Source of the DNA: an uncultured virus (IMG/VR IMGVR_UViG_3300017739_000002)
Taxonomy: Duplodnaviria > Heunggongvirae > Uroviricota > Caudoviricetes
IMG/VR virus record: IMGVR_UViG_3300017739_000002
Strand: one strand, 5' to 3'
Length of the DNA stretch: 64,000 bases
The notes under the pieces are model-generated. The model worked only from the letters and a program-made list of their open reading frames with translations, was not told where the DNA came from and ran no database searches. Made by a program: the position numbers and the translations under genes. Position 1 is the stretch's first letter; the number at the start of each line of letters is the position of its first letter. Positions 48,481-57,986 of this stretch are shown in pieces.

Positions 48481-48855
48481 ATGCACAATAACAAAGACTT
48501 TTTAGAGGAATATCCTTTCCTGACAGTTATTGCATATGCAGGTAATGAATATTTAGGTATATTACAAAATATCGATACTCAAATTTGCACGATGTATGTA
48601 TATGACAGGTTAAAGGATATGGAACATAAGCGTCAATTTTTAGAGCTTGGCGAAGAATGGTGGTGGGAAACAAACAGACGACTGCCAATCAATATTGCCT
48701 TGCTCAACAGATGGCCTTTCGGTTATACCAGCCAAAGTTTTAACGTAAAACAAATGGAAATTATAGCAGGGCCTGAAGTGCGCCTTAGTAATAGTATTAC
48801 TAAACGCATTAAGAGAAGAAGTATAAATCTACTTAAGAAGGGTGGTTCTCTTTAA
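48481..48855 (+). CDS. Hypothetical conserved phage protein
   Basis: YPFL, EY.GI.QN, FLELGE.WWWE.NR..PINI; TAAATA upstream. Confidence 0.7.
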   Translation: MHNNKDFLEEYPFLTVIAYAGNEYLGILQNIDTQICTMYVYDRLKDMEHKRQFLELGEEWWWETNRRLPINIALLNRWPFGYTSQSFNVKQMEIIAGPEVRLSNSITKRIKRRSINLLKKGGSL

Positions 48856-49414
48856 CCATCATATTTAATTGCAATACAATGGCTAATGCATATGCATGGG
48901 CATGTGCCTTCTTAAAATAATACTCATCTCCATCTGGCTTTATCCATACTTCTTTCATTACTTCTTCCCATGACTTGTCAAGCAAATAACGTTTGGCAGG
49001 ACGTATCACTGCGAGTACTGCCGCCAGTTTCTCAACGCTTGTGGGCTTCATACGTTTTACTACCGGATAATGGTTGTGTATATGGAAACATTTCTTTACT
49101 ACATCTTCATGCTCAAGTAATTCCCACATTGGTTCCATATCTAATAGTTCATTAAGCTCATCAATATTATTAATACCATCATATACATTAACGTTTAGGA
49201 TATCCAATTTAAAATATCCTATGTCTTCTGCTTTTTTAAAGTCAACTGTACAGTTTTGTGTAAAGGGATTCGCTGGTACCTTATGGAAATAAACACCAGT
49301 ATTGTGTTTCTGTTGTTTGCCTTTGCTATTCATCATTGCAGGTGTATGTGGAATACATTGCAAAAGTTTATTTCTATCTGCGATATCAATATCAATATCT
49401 GTGTTGACTATCAT
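48833..49414 (-). CDS. Miniature DNA polymerase III alpha (DnaE) catalytic-core protein
   Basis: DIDID, H..GV, KLDIL, LA.IRP, Y.F.KAHA.AY within 193 aa. Confidence 0.8.
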   Translation of the reverse strand: MIVNTDIDIDIADRNKLLQCIPHTPAMMNSKGKQQKHNTGVYFHKVPANPFTQNCTVDFKKAEDIGYFKLDILNVNVYDGINNIDELNELLDMEPMWELLEHEDVVKKCFHIHNHYPVVKRMKPTSVEKLAAVLAVIRPAKRYLLDKSWEEVMKEVWIKPDGDEYYFKKAHAHAYALAIVLQLNMMVKENHPS

Positions 49415-49563
49415 TCTTTTTTAACCTTATCTTTTTCCATGAAGGCAAACTCATCTGGATTATTTCTACGCCATTCACGTTCTTTATATTCAGTATACGA
49501 CACATGCCATAATAATAACATAAACAATAATAAAAATACACCTAAAAGTATGTTTGATATCAT
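49411..49563 (-). CDS. 50-aa small membrane protein, not in the ORF track
   Basis: MISNILLGVFLLLF...; ATGA overlaps at both ends. Confidence 0.6.
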   Translation of the reverse strand: MISNILLGVFLLLFMLLLWHVSYTEYKEREWRRNNPDEFAFMEKDKVKKE

Positions 49564-50273
49564 TTTAATATTCCCATTGCTTTAAGTAGTAGCAATCTAT
49601 TAAATGTATCTTCCCAATCATTTACTGCTATGTTGTACCCTTCAGTATTTTTATTTGCTAATGGAAAGTCATTTCCACCTTCAGTCATTTTATCACCAAA
49701 GAAAAAGATTGTATCTTCACTAGTGAAGTCTTTTATTATTTGACCTTTGTCTTTGTTGCGTTCATAAATATCAATACCAGTTTCACCTGCTACTTGTGCA
49801 GTTACTGATTTGTCAGATTTGTTAATTATTTTTGCAATAAAAGCACGTTCGCCTGTTTGATTATCATAATTATAGTAATCTTTTCTATCTACGTGTTCAG
49901 CATTTCTTCCTACCACACTAAAGTTCACACACCCTTTGCGTTTTTCAATGTGATTACCTGTACGTGTAGGGTATTTGCTTTTATCTAAACACTTACTAAG
50001 GAGTGTTTCTAATTGTTCTGGCAGTTTCCAGTCGCTGGTATAAACACATTTATCTTTTTCGTAAACATCATTGCCACTACAGTTGTAAACCTTTTTTGCA
50101 CGATTAAACAAATCCTCACCTATTTGTTCAACAGTCTTTTCTTTATCACTACCTGTTGCAAAATATATATCATTAGTTCGTGATATTTCTAATAGGTATT
50201 GTTTGAATTGTGTATCAATTTCACCTCTACTTGGCGTAAGAGTTCCATCAACATCAAATATATATTTGTTCAT
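49560..50273 (-). CDS. HAD-IIB phosphomannomutase-like protein (eukaryotic PMM type)
   Basis: FDVDGTLTP, ATGSD, IE.R...NFS..GR, FFGDK...GGND. Confidence 0.85.
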   Translation of the reverse strand: MNKYIFDVDGTLTPSRGEIDTQFKQYLLEISRTNDIYFATGSDKEKTVEQIGEDLFNRAKKVYNCSGNDVYEKDKCVYTSDWKLPEQLETLLSKCLDKSKYPTRTGNHIEKRKGCVNFSVVGRNAEHVDRKDYYNYDNQTGERAFIAKIINKSDKSVTAQVAGETGIDIYERNKDKGQIIKDFTSEDTIFFFGDKMTEGGNDFPLANKNTEGYNIAVNDWEDTFNRLLLLKAMGILK

Positions 50274-50947
50274 GCTAAGTCCACCTTTCCTAATATATCC
50301 AATACCCAGTCTACATCTTCTTTATTTTTGTTTAGTTTTCTAAACCAATATTCTGGGTCAACATAATCAGTTATCATTTTAGCTTGCTCACTATTTAACT
50401 TATCAAATATTGCACTTGCAGTATTACTTGTATATAGCACCCACGGAGATATCTTACCACTGCAAATATGAAACACGGCCAAGTTAGGATTTACATTTGT
50501 GAAGTATGTATACCAAGGCATCTTACTTTCCTTAGCCCATTCTTCTAAAAATATGATTGTTCTTTCAACTGCTCTATCAGGAGATTCAGTCTTCAGCCTA
50601 ATCTTAATCCATTCATTAAATGTAGTATCGCTTGACCATTTAGTAAGAGGCGTACCTTTCTGTAACAACCATCTTACATATGCATCTACATCATCTACCT
50701 TTAGATCAATACAATAACTAGCAAACTTTACAAACCCATTAAAGTACTGACTATCAACAAAATCTGTATACGTTTTCAGCTTTTTACTATTTGTTCCTAT
50801 CTTATAAAATAATTGAAAACACCTGTAAGCAAGTTGATTTTGTTTTGTATCTTTGGCTAAGTGCCTGCGTTTCTTTTCGCATATATGTACTGCAAGACTG
50901 TTCTCACGGACAAAAGTCTTTCCACAATATTCACACTTAAAGCTCAC
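50270..50947 (-). CDS. C2HC zinc-finger hypothetical protein
   Basis: FKCEYCGKTF......VH.C; GKISPW. Confidence 0.7.
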   Translation of the reverse strand: MSFKCEYCGKTFVRENSLAVHICEKKRRHLAKDTKQNQLAYRCFQLFYKIGTNSKKLKTYTDFVDSQYFNGFVKFASYCIDLKVDDVDAYVRWLLQKGTPLTKWSSDTTFNEWIKIRLKTESPDRAVERTIIFLEEWAKESKMPWYTYFTNVNPNLAVFHICSGKISPWVLYTSNTASAIFDKLNSEQAKMITDYVDPEYWFRKLNKNKEDVDWVLDILGKVDLA

Positions 50948-51411
50948 TTCAATAATCGCTTTATCTCTTTCTTCTCTACACCAAACTGTTCAAGTATATC
51001 TAGTTGTTCATCTTTTGTCATTGCATTTATAAGGATCTCTATCTCATCATCATTGTATTGCTTGTACTGTTCCTTGTACCATTTATAAAATGGCTTCTCA
51101 GTACCTTTCTTTCCTGGAGCAATCCACGGATGAAACATCTGTTTGCCAATACCAACAGCCTGCATAAGTTTAAATTGTAATTCTGGATGATGTCGCAACG
51201 TGTTAAAGTGTACATTGACAACTTCATTTGCAAACTCTAAGTAATGTTCTTCAATGTCTTTTACACTATTCTTTACACTACTAAGATAACGCATTAGCAC
51301 CCATATGCCAACCTTTTTCTTTTCATCATCATCAAGACTATTGTACCAAGTTCTGTTCTTAGTATCAATAGCACTCATTTCATTTTTAATTGTTAGTTTT
51401 GCATTTACCAT
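50944..51411 (-). CDS. Possible clamp-loader small subunit (gp62-like)
   Basis: MRYLS, AN.VN, HPELQ, HPWI, Y...E.E; replication context. Confidence 0.45.
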   Translation of the reverse strand: MVNAKLTIKNEMSAIDTKNRTWYNSLDDDEKKKVGIWVLMRYLSSVKNSVKDIEEHYLEFANEVVNVHFNTLRHHPELQFKLMQAVGIGKQMFHPWIAPGKKGTEKPFYKWYKEQYKQYNDDEIEILINAMTKDEQLDILEQFGVEKKEIKRLLK

Positions 51412-51905
51412 ATTTGATTTATATCCAGTACTTCAGGAATTTTATTAGACTCTTTCACAAATAATGCACATTTAGGTTCGTCACCATCTTCAATAGGCAC
51501 TACAAGCAGGTGTCCAAATTTAAGTTTAGGAGAGTACCACTTTATATCAGTATACACGTTAGTTATTTGTACGTCAACAAATTCAGGCTTAAATCCTGAA
51601 ATAGGATTAATTGTAAATGCATGAAATCCTCTATCGTTCAAACTCATAAGGTTTACTACTTCAGGTTCACCTACCTCAGGATCACAAATTACTAAACTCC
51701 AATCCAATGGAATACTTAATGTGTTATTTCCTATTTGTAATACCGCCGCCGGCGAATAAAAACTTTCTAGAAATACAAGTGGAATAAAGTAATAATCTAC
51801 ATTCTTTGGGTTACTGTAATCTAAAACACCATATCGTAGATCGTCTACAACTTCTGGAATATCATCTAGTTCATATGTTTTATTGTCAACTGTTAATATT
51901 TTCAT
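51405..51905 (-). CDS. Hypothetical conserved phage protein
   Basis: DYYFIPLVFLESF, LNDRGF, WY.PKLK; coupled to uvsW. Confidence 0.7.
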   Translation of the reverse strand: MKILTVDNKTYELDDIPEVVDDLRYGVLDYSNPKNVDYYFIPLVFLESFYSPAAVLQIGNNTLSIPLDWSLVICDPEVGEPEVVNLMSLNDRGFHAFTINPISGFKPEFVDVQITNVYTDIKWYSPKLKFGHLLVVPIEDGDEPKCALFVKESNKIPEVLDINQIW

Positions 51906-53353
51906 TTATACTTTACCTTTTCTATAGTAAAAGGATAGTTTGCTTCTTTGTAAAAAGTCTTACGTTCTCGCAAGTGCCGTTTACTAAACTTGGCAGTACT
52001 TGTAATATCCCATATTTCAACATGATCTTTGTCTTGTGCTTTACGAACACCACGACCTATTGACTGTATAACACGGACAAAACTTTTGCCAGGCTCAAGA
52101 AGCACAAGATTAAATATGCGAGGAATGTTAATACCGACAGCCGCCACTCCGTATGTTGCCACAACCACGTGATTCGTTCCCTCGTTAATTTCTGTGTATG
52201 CATCTTTTCTATCCGTTGTTTTCATTACACCACTGACAAATTCAGCATCTGGAATATTTTCTAAAAGCAAATTACCTGCTTTAATTCGATCTACAAGTAC
52301 AAGTGTATTGCCACTCTTCCTTATATTTTCAATCAAACCACTTACGTACTTCATTCTATCTTTATCACTTGTAAGATATGTAAGTTCGCTCTGATAGTTT
52401 GAGTATTCAACACTCTCTTCCATTTGTACTACATTCACATGGCAGTTACTTAGTACGCCTAATTCTTGTAGTTCACTGGCGGCTAGTTTATTAACTACCT
52501 CACCTAAACAAGCTCTGAGTGATACTTGTTCGTGTTTTGCTTTGGGTATTGTGCCTGTCAGCCCCCAACGCAAAGGAATATGTGCAAAGTCTTTTGTTAA
52601 CAATTCTTTTAGTACATCTGCCTTTGCTTGATGTACCTCGTCAACAATTACACATACAACATCTTCAGCAAAGTCCTGCAATCCAAAGTCAGTTTTGCCG
52701 TCACGAAATTGTTTCTTAATACTATTTAAACTCTGCCATGTACAAATTGTATGTGTTTTGCCAATTTCTTTTTTGTCGCCAAAATACACACCAACATCTA
52801 ATCCCATATTAGCATAGTCTTCATATGTTTGTCTTACAAGATCCTTGTTTGGTACAATAACAATACTTCTACCATACTTCTCCGCACGTTCACTAAGGCT
52901 TGCAGTTACAAGAGTTTTACCTGCACCTGTTGCAATTTCCTGCAAACAATGTGGAGTTTCTAAAAATTTGTTTACAATTTCTACTTGATAATCACGTAGC
53001 ATAACTGGCTGTCCTTCAACAGGATGTCCTTTGGGCCATGTAATATTACTATAACTATCTTCTTTTACTTCAGTAAAATCAAAGTCCCATACATTACGTT
53101 GATCATCTAATTCAATAGAATAATTTTCTGCAACAATTATAGGAATAATAATATCCAATAGATTTGTATACGTAACACCACCTATTGTAAAGTAACTCAC
53201 ACAACCATCCCATCTGCCTAGTTTATATGCTGGCACATGATATGCATAAGGGAGAAAGAACTTTAGTTCCTTCTCAATTTTCTTTCTTGTATCAAGATCA
53301 AGTCCTTCAATCTTACAGTTAACTTCATCTTTCAATATAATTTTACAAGCCAT
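51902..53353 (-). CDS. uvsW: SF2 helicase UvsW
   Basis: WDG, LRDYQ, ATGAGKT, VDEVH, GLTGT, GINIP, QSIGRG.R. Confidence 0.92.
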   Translation of the reverse strand: MACKIILKDEVNCKIEGLDLDTRKKIEKELKFFLPYAYHVPAYKLGRWDGCVSYFTIGGVTYTNLLDIIIPIIVAENYSIELDDQRNVWDFDFTEVKEDSYSNITWPKGHPVEGQPVMLRDYQVEIVNKFLETPHCLQEIATGAGKTLVTASLSERAEKYGRSIVIVPNKDLVRQTYEDYANMGLDVGVYFGDKKEIGKTHTICTWQSLNSIKKQFRDGKTDFGLQDFAEDVVCVIVDEVHQAKADVLKELLTKDFAHIPLRWGLTGTIPKAKHEQVSLRACLGEVVNKLAASELQELGVLSNCHVNVVQMEESVEYSNYQSELTYLTSDKDRMKYVSGLIENIRKSGNTLVLVDRIKAGNLLLENIPDAEFVSGVMKTTDRKDAYTEINEGTNHVVVATYGVAAVGINIPRIFNLVLLEPGKSFVRVIQSIGRGVRKAQDKDHVEIWDITSTAKFSKRHLRERKTFYKEANYPFTIEKVKYK

Positions 53354-53358
53354 AATAC

Positions 53359-53387
53359 ACTATAACGCTAATTTGTTGATTTGTCAA
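53359..53387 (-). promoter_or_regulatory. Sigma70 promoter, probably leaderless (uvsW)
   Basis: TTGACA-N17-TATAGT-N5-ATG. Confidence 0.7.
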
Positions 53388-53390
53388 TAT

Positions 53391-53420
53391 AAAAAAAGCC
53401 AGGGGTGTTACCCCCTGGCA
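53391..53420 (-). terminator. Intrinsic terminator
   Basis: GCCAGGGG-loop-CCCCTGGC followed by a T run. Confidence 0.88.
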
Positions 53421-53457
53421 GTGTTACGAAAAGCTCTTGTAAGCAACAATGAAGGAG

Positions 53458-54327
53458 TTAAGCTCTTCGCATACAAGTTACTTCAGCCATTGTCTGCCAA
53501 CGGTCACTCTGTGACTTACGTAAGTCTGCAATCTTTGTACACATACGTAAGCTGATTTCACGTAACTTATCCTGGTTGTCTAGCATGAAGTCTACAATTT
53601 CTTGTTGTTCAGCTTTTGAGAACTTGTATGAATCTAACATACCAGCACCGACAATTTGTTTAACACGTAGTAGTTTTTCACGTGCCGTATCTAATGTAAG
53701 GTCCAAGTAGTGACATCTGGACATAATTGCATCCAAGTGGTCTTTAATCTTACCACGTACATTGTCAAACTTTAAGTTAGTAATAAAGATTACTGAACCT
53801 TTAAATTCAAACTTTTCAGGAATACCTTCCCTACGTAGTAGGTTACTATCTGTATTCCAACTAAGTGTTCGCTTAGGGCTACTATCTAGAGCCGCCTTAA
53901 GTAGGTTAAGTGATGTCTCGTCATACAATACTGTATCACAATCATCTAGAACTAGTACACAACCTTTATCTGAATAGTTGTAAAGTAACTTAAACAAACC
54001 AATAGCACTGGCGGCGCCTTTTTCAACACCAAATTTAAGTTTCTTATCAGCAAGTTTATCGAACAAATTGTTCTTATCTAGTACTTGTTCAACACCAAAA
54101 CTCTTACCAACACCTGGAGGTCCTGTAACTACCATACCTCTAACAATGCCATCAATAGACATCTGTGTCATATCATCTAGAATGTCAAATCTTTGTTCAA
54201 TTCTCTTAATTATCTGAGAATCTGTTTCAGTAGATTCAACTTCAGGCGTATCCAGAACTTGGATAATAGTCTCACCTTTTTTGTTCTTTCGCTGGCGAGG
54301 GGCGGTCTTAAAAGCATTAACTGACAT
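53458..54327 (-). CDS. AAA+ ATPase
   Basis: GPPGVGKS, VLVLDDCD, IFITN, A..SR. Confidence 0.85.
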   Translation of the reverse strand: MSVNAFKTAPRQRKNKKGETIIQVLDTPEVESTETDSQIIKRIEQRFDILDDMTQMSIDGIVRGMVVTGPPGVGKSFGVEQVLDKNNLFDKLADKKLKFGVEKGAASAIGLFKLLYNYSDKGCVLVLDDCDTVLYDETSLNLLKAALDSSPKRTLSWNTDSNLLRREGIPEKFEFKGSVIFITNLKFDNVRGKIKDHLDAIMSRCHYLDLTLDTAREKLLRVKQIVGAGMLDSYKFSKAEQQEIVDFMLDNQDKLREISLRMCTKIADLRKSQSDRWQTMAEVTCMRRA

Positions 54328-54363
54328 ATGTTATCTCCTTCATATTTTTTAGCTTACTATTAC

Positions 54364-54394
54364 ATAATACAGTAAGAACTCTTACCTGTCAACC
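54364..54394 (-). promoter_or_regulatory. Early sigma70 promoter with palindromic operator in the spacer
   Basis: GGTTGACA-GGTAAG-AGTT-CTTACT-G-TATTAT. Confidence 0.8.
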
Positions 54395-54396
54395 TT

Positions 54397-54912
54397 TTAT
54401 TTTAGGTAATCGAACTTTTTTTCGTTGCTTGTCATTTTATGAAACCAATTTATAAAGGTTTCGTTATCATTATTTTCTATACATGCCACCATATATACCA
54501 AAGCAGGTGGTTTTTTCTTATAAAAGAATCTTAAATCAGTATTTTTTTGATGTACTAGCTCTATTTCCTTCTCAAGATCCATGTCAATATAAGGTATAAG
54601 TGCCTTTGCAAGATCATAATATTGATCCTTAATCCACTTATCCTTCCATAGAAATGCACCTTTATCATATTCAGAAGTGTATACAAACTTGTCTGTCCAT
54701 ATATTTCTCCAAACGAAACTTTCATCCCATTTACGAAATGTATTGGAAAACATTCTATGCTTAAATTTGTCTACACCTTTCATTACATTAATTTTGTAAT
54801 GATGAACTTGTAGTTCATTTACCATTTCACTGTAACAATCTGGGCTTTCATAGTCTATGAAACCCTGATTTAAATGTAGTTCTCTAATCTTTCTAAAATC
54901 ATCACTTATCAT
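54397..54912 (-). CDS. Hypothetical protein
   Basis: 171-aa ORF. Confidence 0.65.
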   Translation of the reverse strand: MISDDFRKIRELHLNQGFIDYESPDCYSEMVNELQVHHYKINVMKGVDKFKHRMFSNTFRKWDESFVWRNIWTDKFVYTSEYDKGAFLWKDKWIKDQYYDLAKALIPYIDMDLEKEIELVHQKNTDLRFFYKKKPPALVYMVACIENNDNETFINWFHKMTSNEKKFDYLK

Positions 54913-55606
54913 ATATTTTTACTCTATTAAGCATTGTTTCTTGAGCATTTGTATATTTGCTCTTTTCATGCTTATTAACTGTACCACGTACATGAATTAC
55001 TTTACCATCAATAATATCACTGATATCTGGCTGATCTCTCCACCAGAACTTGATGATATTCTTTTTTCCTTGAACTGTAGTAATCATGTATACAGAGCTA
55101 CTCTGAATATACTTTACATCAATTACTTCAACTTCAAGATCATATCGTTGACCTTTGTCACCAAAGTATTCACTTTCAAAACGTAGTTCTTCAATTTTAT
55201 CTTCTACTGCTTTACGTTTCTTATCAACCTCATTCATGTGAGGAATACTAGCAATTACGGCAACGTTAAAATTAGTAAGTTGATCTGTATCAAATGCCTG
55301 AGCAACACCTGACTCAAAGTTTGAAAGGCTACTAGTAAGTTTTTTAAGCATATACCGCCCATTAAACTTATCAATCATAGCCTGTGCTTCAGTAATATTT
55401 TCTTCAGATGGCTTCATTCCAGCAGTAATTTTTTCAATTACAATAGATTTGTTGTCTTTAGTTTCTTCCATAACCTTACCAGTATCAAGGTCAACACTTT
55501 TGTAACCTTCACCACTACGGATAAAACCTTGTTGATTATAAGTTTCAATCGCTAACGCCAGTGCTTCAACTGGCGTTATATCAAATGTCTTATTCTTGCG
55601 AGCCAT
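54902..55606 (-). CDS. Hypothetical protein with C-terminal OB-fold-like domain
   Basis: G..G.R..LEV.V, V.GTV.KH, T.LNRVK; start at a TAATG overlap. Confidence 0.65.
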   Translation of the reverse strand: MARKNKTFDITPVEALALAIETYNQQGFIRSGEGYKSVDLDTGKVMEETKDNKSIVIEKITAGMKPSEENITEAQAMIDKFNGRYMLKKLTSSLSNFESGVAQAFDTDQLTNFNVAVIASIPHMNEVDKKRKAVEDKIEELRFESEYFGDKGQRYDLEVEVIDVKYIQSSSVYMITTVQGKKNIIKFWWRDQPDISDIIDGKVIHVRGTVNKHEKSKYTNAQETMLNRVKIYDK

Positions 55607-55707
55607 TATGCAATTTCCAAAAACTTTGCCCATGCAAGGGCGGTTGCTTCTTTTTCAGTGTAGCCAATTTCAATAAAATCAGCAATGACTTGTTCAATAT
55701 AATCCAT
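55606..55707 (-). CDS. 33-aa small protein, not in the ORF track
   Basis: MDYIEQVIADFIEIGYTEKEA...; TAATG overlaps at both ends. Confidence 0.55.
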   Translation of the reverse strand: MDYIEQVIADFIEIGYTEKEATALAWAKFLEIA

Positions 55708-56024
55708 TATGCTATCTCCTCAAAACCAAGCATTGCAACCTTGTACTTCTTAGTACCAACAAGCATCTGATCACCCATTGAAGTAGAACGCAAACCCATG
55801 CCATTCTCAAGTGGTGCCATTACTGTTACATTAGGATTAAAATCGCCGTTTGTTTCACCATCTTCAAAAACTTCTTCTTTACGGCTCCATGAACCCATAA
55901 CGTTGTTTGTCCAACGATATGCATATTCAAGTGCTTCGTTAGTTTCTGTATTATCAGGAACATCAACAAATGCTACTGTACGTGGTGAATCTTCGAAAGC
56001 GGTGTGTATAACTGCAACTTGCAT
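55707..56024 (-). CDS. Hypothetical early phage protein
   Basis: LEYAYRWTNN..GSW, LRSTSMGD; AAGGAG SD. Confidence 0.75.
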   Translation of the reverse strand: MQVAVIHTAFEDSPRTVAFVDVPDNTETNEALEYAYRWTNNVMGSWSRKEEVFEDGETNGDFNPNVTVMAPLENGMGLRSTSMGDQMLVGTKKYKVAMLGFEEIA

Positions 56025-56051
56025 TATGGTCTCCTTTTTAACTATACTTAC

Positions 56052-56082
56052 ATGATATAGTAAGATGTCTTACCTGTCAACC
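56052..56082 (-). promoter_or_regulatory. Early sigma70 promoter with palindromic operator in the spacer
   Basis: GGTTGACA-GGTAAG-ACAT-CTTACT-A-TATCAT. Confidence 0.8.
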
Positions 56083-56108
56083 TTTTTATGCAATTTTTTT
56101 AAATCTTT

Positions 56109-56567
56109 TTACAAAGATACGTCCTCGAGTCCAGCCGCTCGCAGTTTAACAATATTGTTTATCTGGAACTGCTTGGCTTCTAGTGCCTTTATCACACCTA
56201 TAAACTTATTACGCACTAGGCTGAAGTCATTAATTAGATATTGGAGTGCAACAACATCCTCCTCACCATCAACAAACCGATCAGCATCTCGAGAACTGAG
56301 TGCTCGATTATAATTTTCAAGATACTTCCTGAAAATTTTACTGCGAATTTTTCGCATTTCGGTGTTAAGATATTCGAGTATGGCTTCCACTTCCTGGAGT
56401 TGGTTGAAACGTTGTTCTACGATACCAGGCATGTCACGTGCCTGTTTTTCTAGAACTCCTTTCATACCACACTCCAGACGTGCTTGCTCAATTTCAGTCT
56501 CGAAATGAGATATTGCTGATACAATATTGCTCATATCAGCAGTAACTTGTCTATACCATTTACTCAT
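56109..56567 (-). CDS. uvsY: Recombination mediator UvsY-like protein
   Basis: Helical ~150 aa; fQI.NIVKLR.AG C-terminus; downstream of uvsX. Confidence 0.7.
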   Translation of the reverse strand: MSKWYRQVTADMSNIVSAISHFETEIEQARLECGMKGVLEKQARDMPGIVEQRFNQLQEVEAILEYLNTEMRKIRSKIFRKYLENYNRALSSRDADRFVDGEEDVVALQYLINDFSLVRNKFIGVIKALEAKQFQINNIVKLRAAGLEDVSL

Positions 56568-56572
56568 ATAGG

Positions 56573-56842
56573 CTATTCATCCCAGAATTCTTCATCTTCA
56601 AACCATTCTTCTTCTGGTTCTCCGTACTCTTCTTCACCTTCAAGAAATTCAGTAACAGCCTTATCAAGATATTCATCATGCTCACCTATCTCTTTTGCAC
56701 TTGCTTTGATATCAAAGCCATAGTCAAGTAGTTTGTATAGGTAATCATTTGCAAAATCTTGTTTTAGTTTATCACTAATAAGTCGATGTGATGTATCGTA
56801 TAGTTGTAAAATAAACTCCAAGTCATGTTCACTCAGATTCAT
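56573..56842 (-). CDS. Acidic hypothetical protein
   Basis: Lies between uvsX and uvsY. Confidence 0.7.
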   Translation of the reverse strand: MNLSEHDLEFILQLYDTSHRLISDKLKQDFANDYLYKLLDYGFDIKASAKEIGEHDEYLDKAVTEFLEGEEEYGEPEEEWFEDEEFWDE

Positions 56843-57944
56843 TAATAGCCTCCACCTCTACGTCTATATTTTCTTCAGCGAGATCACCTCGTGAATCTTT
56901 AATCTCTTCAGGTTGAGCATTGAACTCTGACATAACTGTATCCAAACAGTTATTATCATTTCTGTCCCATACTTTACGGAATTGTGTAACTACTTCTCCT
57001 GTTACAGGGCTTGTATATTCAAGTCTTGTTCCAGTTTTCTTAATCACACCTTTTGCTTCAAAGAAATCTGTAAGTCCACTATATGGGCTCATTCCTGTTT
57101 CATAAGGAATTTCAACTTGAACACTTTCAAAAGGTTTAGAATATCTAGTTTTCATAACCTTACAAGCGGCACGAATACCATGTACTTGTGAAGTTTTATT
57201 GCCATCTGCATCTACTTTTAGTTTAAGTTTTCGCATTGCAATAACAATACTACTCGCATAGATAAAGCCTTGCCCACCTGAGATTTTATCATCAGGATCA
57301 AACATATCTTGTGATGCATAAGTGTGGTTAGTACACAACATACCCACATTAAACTCACCAAACATATTCACAGTATTACGAACAAGTGCAGTAAGTGCCT
57401 TAGGTTTTCTACCCATATCGCCCTTCATATCACCCTTTTGAAACTGATCAACATCTGTTGGTGTTAGCAACATACCCAAACTATCTACTACAAATAGTAC
57501 TTTAGGTCTTTCTTCTTTATCCTTATCAGCATATTCTGCTTTATAGTCTTTCATAAAATCTGATACTGTTTTTGCAACATCATCAATCATTGACATATTA
57601 AGTTTAAGAAGTTTATCTTCACTTGTATCTACGTCTAATGCATGTAGCCACTTCTCGTCTAGTGCATTTTCTGTATCAATAAGCACAACAAATATACCCT
57701 GTTGTTGTGCATGTCTTACTACGTTGCCAGCCGCAATAAACGACTTGCCTGCTCCACTTTCACCAGCCAATACTGTAACTTTACCTAAAGGAATACCTTT
57801 ATGAAAGTCATCACTAATTAGTTTGTTGAGAGTGTAATTGCCTGTACTAATCCAAGTATCAGGATCATTAAAGCCTACACTTAGGCCTGGTACCGCTTTA
57901 GTAATACTTTTGCGGAATTTACTCACGTCAAATGGTCGTGCCAT
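56829..57944 (-). CDS. uvsX: RecA-like recombinase UvsX
   Basis: ISTGNY.LN, AGESGAGKS, DTENA, VDSLG, NHTY, SGGQG, KTR. Confidence 0.93.
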   Translation of the reverse strand: MARPFDVSKFRKSITKAVPGLSVGFNDPDTWISTGNYTLNKLISDDFHKGIPLGKVTVLAGESGAGKSFIAAGNVVRHAQQQGIFVVLIDTENALDEKWLHALDVDTSEDKLLKLNMSMIDDVAKTVSDFMKDYKAEYADKDKEERPKVLFVVDSLGMLLTPTDVDQFQKGDMKGDMGRKPKALTALVRNTVNMFGEFNVGMLCTNHTYASQDMFDPDDKISGGQGFIYASSIVIAMRKLKLKVDADGNKTSQVHGIRAACKVMKTRYSKPFESVQVEIPYETGMSPYSGLTDFFEAKGVIKKTGTRLEYTSPVTGEVVTQFRKVWDRNDNNCLDTVMSEFNAQPEEIKDSRGDLAEENIDVEVEAINESE

Positions 57945-57961
57945 ATATACCTCCAATAATT

Positions 57962-57985
57962 AGGAGAGGGCCGAAGCCCCCTCTG
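57962..57985 (-). terminator. cUUCGg hairpin after gp32 (terminator or stabiliser)
   Basis: GAGGGGGC-TTCG-GCCCTCTC. Confidence 0.7.
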
Positions 57986-57986
57986 T

